Shown here: piece by piece, positions 37,014 to 39,104 of the stretch
Position numbering within the stretch: position 1 is the first letter of the stretch
How the letters are laid out: the number at the start of each line of letters is the position of its first letter
Source: a virus
Lineage: Duplodnaviria > Caudoviricetes
DNA: 39,104 nt
Virus record (IMG/VR): IMGVR_UViG_3300033146_002620
Location: 1 to 39,104 of that record
Direction: 5' to 3' (one strand)
Notes under the pieces: model-generated
Told to the model about the DNA's origin: nothing
Database searches by the model: none
What the model saw: the letters and a program-made list of their open reading frames with translations, nothing else
Made by a program: the position numbers and the translations under genes

Positions 37014-37391
37014 TTATTTATTTATTAATATTTCAATTTTTTGTAATATTTTTGGAGTTGATAATGAATATGTTAACCTATATGTATTACCATACATAAT
37101 ATATATTTGTTCTAATGTATTAAGGGTTGTTGTTTCTTCAAAAATAACAAGTTTCGAAAAATCAAAATCTGTTTCTATTTCCTCCCAAATATATTTTGGT
37201 AATATTTCTTCTGGAATATGTTTTTCTGTGTGTATTCGATTTATTTTTTCTTTATATTTAAAATATTTTTCAAAATCAGTAAATATACTATCAATATCTA
37301 ATTCTGTTTTATTGTTAGCTATTGATTTTAATTCTAATTCTGATTTTAATTTCAAATTATTTAAAGCTTTTTCTAATGTATCTTGTATCAT
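37014..37391 (-). CDS. Hypothetical protein, paralog of 38416-38649
   Basis: Shares WE.I.TD.DFSK....EET..L......Y......YRL.Y..S......IEIL. Confidence 0.7.
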   Translation of the reverse strand: MIQDTLEKALNNLKLKSELELKSIANNKTELDIDSIFTDFEKYFKYKEKINRIHTEKHIPEEILPKYIWEEIETDFDFSKLVIFEETTTLNTLEQIYIMYGNTYRLTYSLSTPKILQKIEILINK

Positions 37392-37759
37392 TTTATTTTT
37401 TTTAAATTTATAATAATATCTTCACCAACACACCAATAATAAACATTTTGTAATTGGTGTAAATATTTTATTTGTGGATACGAACCACCTAATATCCAAA
37501 ACTTTTTCCTTTCCATATAAAGACCACTAAAACTATAATATGCCCCCATATCTATTTGACTGAAATAGTATGGTGATTCCCCTCTTTCATTTTCTTGTTT
37601 ATAAAAATTTAATGCAGATAATATTAAATCTTCTGATAATTTTATCCCTTTAATTTTAATTTTTTTATTGTAATTTTTAAAAAAATCAATATTTATTACT
37701 GTAATAATATTATCAATCAACACAATATTACCTAATCTTAATTCATTTATAATATTCAT
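37388..37759 (-). CDS. Conserved Bacteroidota-phage hypothetical protein
   Basis: NELRLGNIV...IKLSEDLI...IKYLHQLQNVYY...GE pattern, recalled from Bacteroidota phage and prophage proteins. Confidence 0.65.
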   Translation of the reverse strand: MNIINELRLGNIVLIDNIITVINIDFFKNYNKKIKIKGIKLSEDLILSALNFYKQENERGESPYYFSQIDMGAYYSFSGLYMERKKFWILGGSYPQIKYLHQLQNVYYWCVGEDIIINLKKIK

Positions 37760-37760
37760 A

Positions 37761-38411
37761 TTATTTCCATTTTAATATTTTATCAATATCCTCATTATTT
37801 AAAATATATGATGCTATATGATTCACATTTCTTCCAACCACAGGAGAACTATCAACAATTATATCTTCTTTTCTTTTCATAATCACAAAACCGCAAATAT
37901 TAATTCCATAAGAATGTGCTGTTTTATAATCAGTAATATTTTTAGTTAATGTGATTTTATCTTTGATATTATCATAATTATCAATTATATATTGTAATGT
38001 ATCTATTGTGAATTTTTTTAAATCTATTTGATTGATGTAATAATATTTATCATATTCTTTTTGGTCTTCCCTTTTTTTTGGTAATAAATTTAATATATCA
38101 CCTAAATTAGTATTAATTAAATTACTACTAAACCATTGAGAATAAAACATATCTACATTAGATGAATAAACCTCAATACCATTTTTAATGTCTGTAACCA
38201 TTTTTTTTAAAAATAATATAATATGTTCTTTGTCTATTTTTTTTGGTTTAACTTGTATTTTAAGTGTTGATATTATAGATTTTTCGATTATAATTTCAGA
38301 ACTAAAATCAAAAGGAACGACTCCTTTATCTTTAACATATTTCTTTAATTGTTCTATTGATGCAAATTTTTTTTTATTAGAATTAACATTTATCATTTTA
38401 TAAATTTCCAT
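37761..38411 (-). CDS. Hypothetical protein
   Basis: 216 aa ORF, tightly packed. Confidence 0.65.
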   Translation of the reverse strand: MEIYKMINVNSNKKKFASIEQLKKYVKDKGVVPFDFSSEIIIEKSIISTLKIQVKPKKIDKEHIILFLKKMVTDIKNGIEVYSSNVDMFYSQWFSSNLINTNLGDILNLLPKKREDQKEYDKYYYINQIDLKKFTIDTLQYIIDNYDNIKDKITLTKNITDYKTAHSYGINICGFVIMKRKEDIIVDSSPVVGRNVNHIASYILNNEDIDKILKWK

Positions 38412-38415
38412 ACTC

Positions 38416-38649
38416 TTATTTTATTAATATTTCAATTGTTGGTTTTGTTGTTGAATCTGAAATTGGATATGATAATCTATATTTTTTATCATCAATTATA
38501 TAGGTATCTTGTATTACATGTAATGATGATGTTTCCTCAATTGGAATATGTTTTGAGAAATCAATATCGGTATCAATTTTTTCCCACTCATTATTAAATT
38601 TATCTTTAAACCATTTTCTCATTGATTCTGTTATTTCTATATTTTCCAT
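38416..38649 (-). CDS. Hypothetical protein, paralog of 37014-37391
   Basis: Shares the motif given for 37014-37391. Confidence 0.7.
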   Translation of the reverse strand: MENIEITESMRKWFKDKFNNEWEKIDTDIDFSKHIPIEETSSLHVIQDTYIIDDKKYRLSYPISDSTTKPTIEILIK

Positions 38650-38688
38650 AATTATTTTTATATTATATGATTTAAGTGTTTAACCCAT

Positions 38689-38970
38689 TTAAAATTTTCC
38701 TTTTTCTTTGTATTCTAAATATTCCTTATCAGTTAAAGGTGGATAATATTTATGCTTATCTAATTCAATTAAAAAATCTGAAAAATTAATATCTCCTTGA
38801 GCTTTAATTAATGTGTTTTCAACATCACTTATTTCTGTTACTAAAATATTATATCCATATTTTTCTGATTCTTCAATAATTGTTGTTAATTCATCTAAAT
38901 GTTCTTTATGGATTAATGCTGCTTCTTTTGTTTTATTAAACAATCTCTCTAATTTTTCTTTATCAATCAT
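38689..38970 (-). CDS. Hypothetical protein
   Basis: 93 aa ORF. Confidence 0.6.
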   Translation of the reverse strand: MIDKEKLERLFNKTKEAALIHKEHLDELTTIIEESEKYGYNILVTEISDVENTLIKAQGDINFSDFLIELDKHKYYPPLTDKEYLEYKEKGKF

Positions 38971-38974
38971 AATA

Positions 38975-39104
38975 TTAATTTATATATATATTTAAGTCAA
39001 AAGTTTCAATTAATTCTGGTATTTCTATTTTTTTAATCATATTATCTATAACATCTAATGGAACTAAATCAGAAGCATCTCTTTCTTTATTTTGTTTTAT
39101 TAAT
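38975..39104 (-). CDS. 3' end of a probable P-loop (PNK/AAA_33-like) kinase, truncated by the window edge
   Basis: Reads ...LIKQNKERDASDLVPLDVIENMIKKIEIPELIETFDLNIYIN*, matching the N..R....VP..VI..M....E.P...E.FD tail. Confidence 0.55.
   Translation of the reverse strand, partial: LIKQNKERDASDLVPLDVIDNMIKKIEIPELIETFDLNIYIN

Noticed and set aside
1-39104. Stop-codon reassignment (TAG or TGA recoding as in some large phages)
   Set aside because: Long conserved genes are intact under the standard code. TAG ends genes at 37 and 34871 plausibly, and the TAG at 31943 is explained by a frameshift rather than readthrough.
1-39104. Eukaryotic giant virus (NCLDV) origin, suggested by AT richness and Topo IB
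   Set aside because: UvsX, a gp41-like helicase, T4-like baseplate genes, a peptidoglycan peptidase, coupled operons and bacterial promoters and terminators indicate a bacteriophage.

Overview
This is very AT-rich (roughly 20-25% GC by eye), gene-dense DNA from a large T4-like (myovirus-type, probably jumbo) phage. The host is most likely in Bacteroidota: the evidence is a Bacteroidota-type NrdJ, an Hc1-like protein, TAnnTTTG promoters and AT-rich leaders without obvious Shine-Dalgarno sites. The window holds replication and recombination genes (class II RNR, gp41/DnaB helicase, UvsX, 5'-3' exonuclease/RNase H) and nucleotide genes (DHFR, dUTPase, NUDIX). It also holds a split DNA methyltransferase, a baseplate cluster ending in a gp5-like protein with an M15 peptidase, and a tape-measure-like protein. 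The most notable pattern is about 11 unrelated late-expressed proteins sharing an N-terminal MK-x-K-(Y/F)-x-x-F-x-x-E leader that resembles the T4 capsid-targeting sequence. They include a minimal poxvirus-like topoisomerase IB, an ART-PolyVal ADP-ribosyltransferase, a PcfJ-like protein and a J-domain-bearing protein, suggesting a head-packaged, ejected enzyme cargo. Other observations are two small capsid-protein-like fragments, three candidate promoter classes, and four genes broken at simple-sequence runs (possibly sequencing errors). All family calls come from motif recognition by eye, not database searches.
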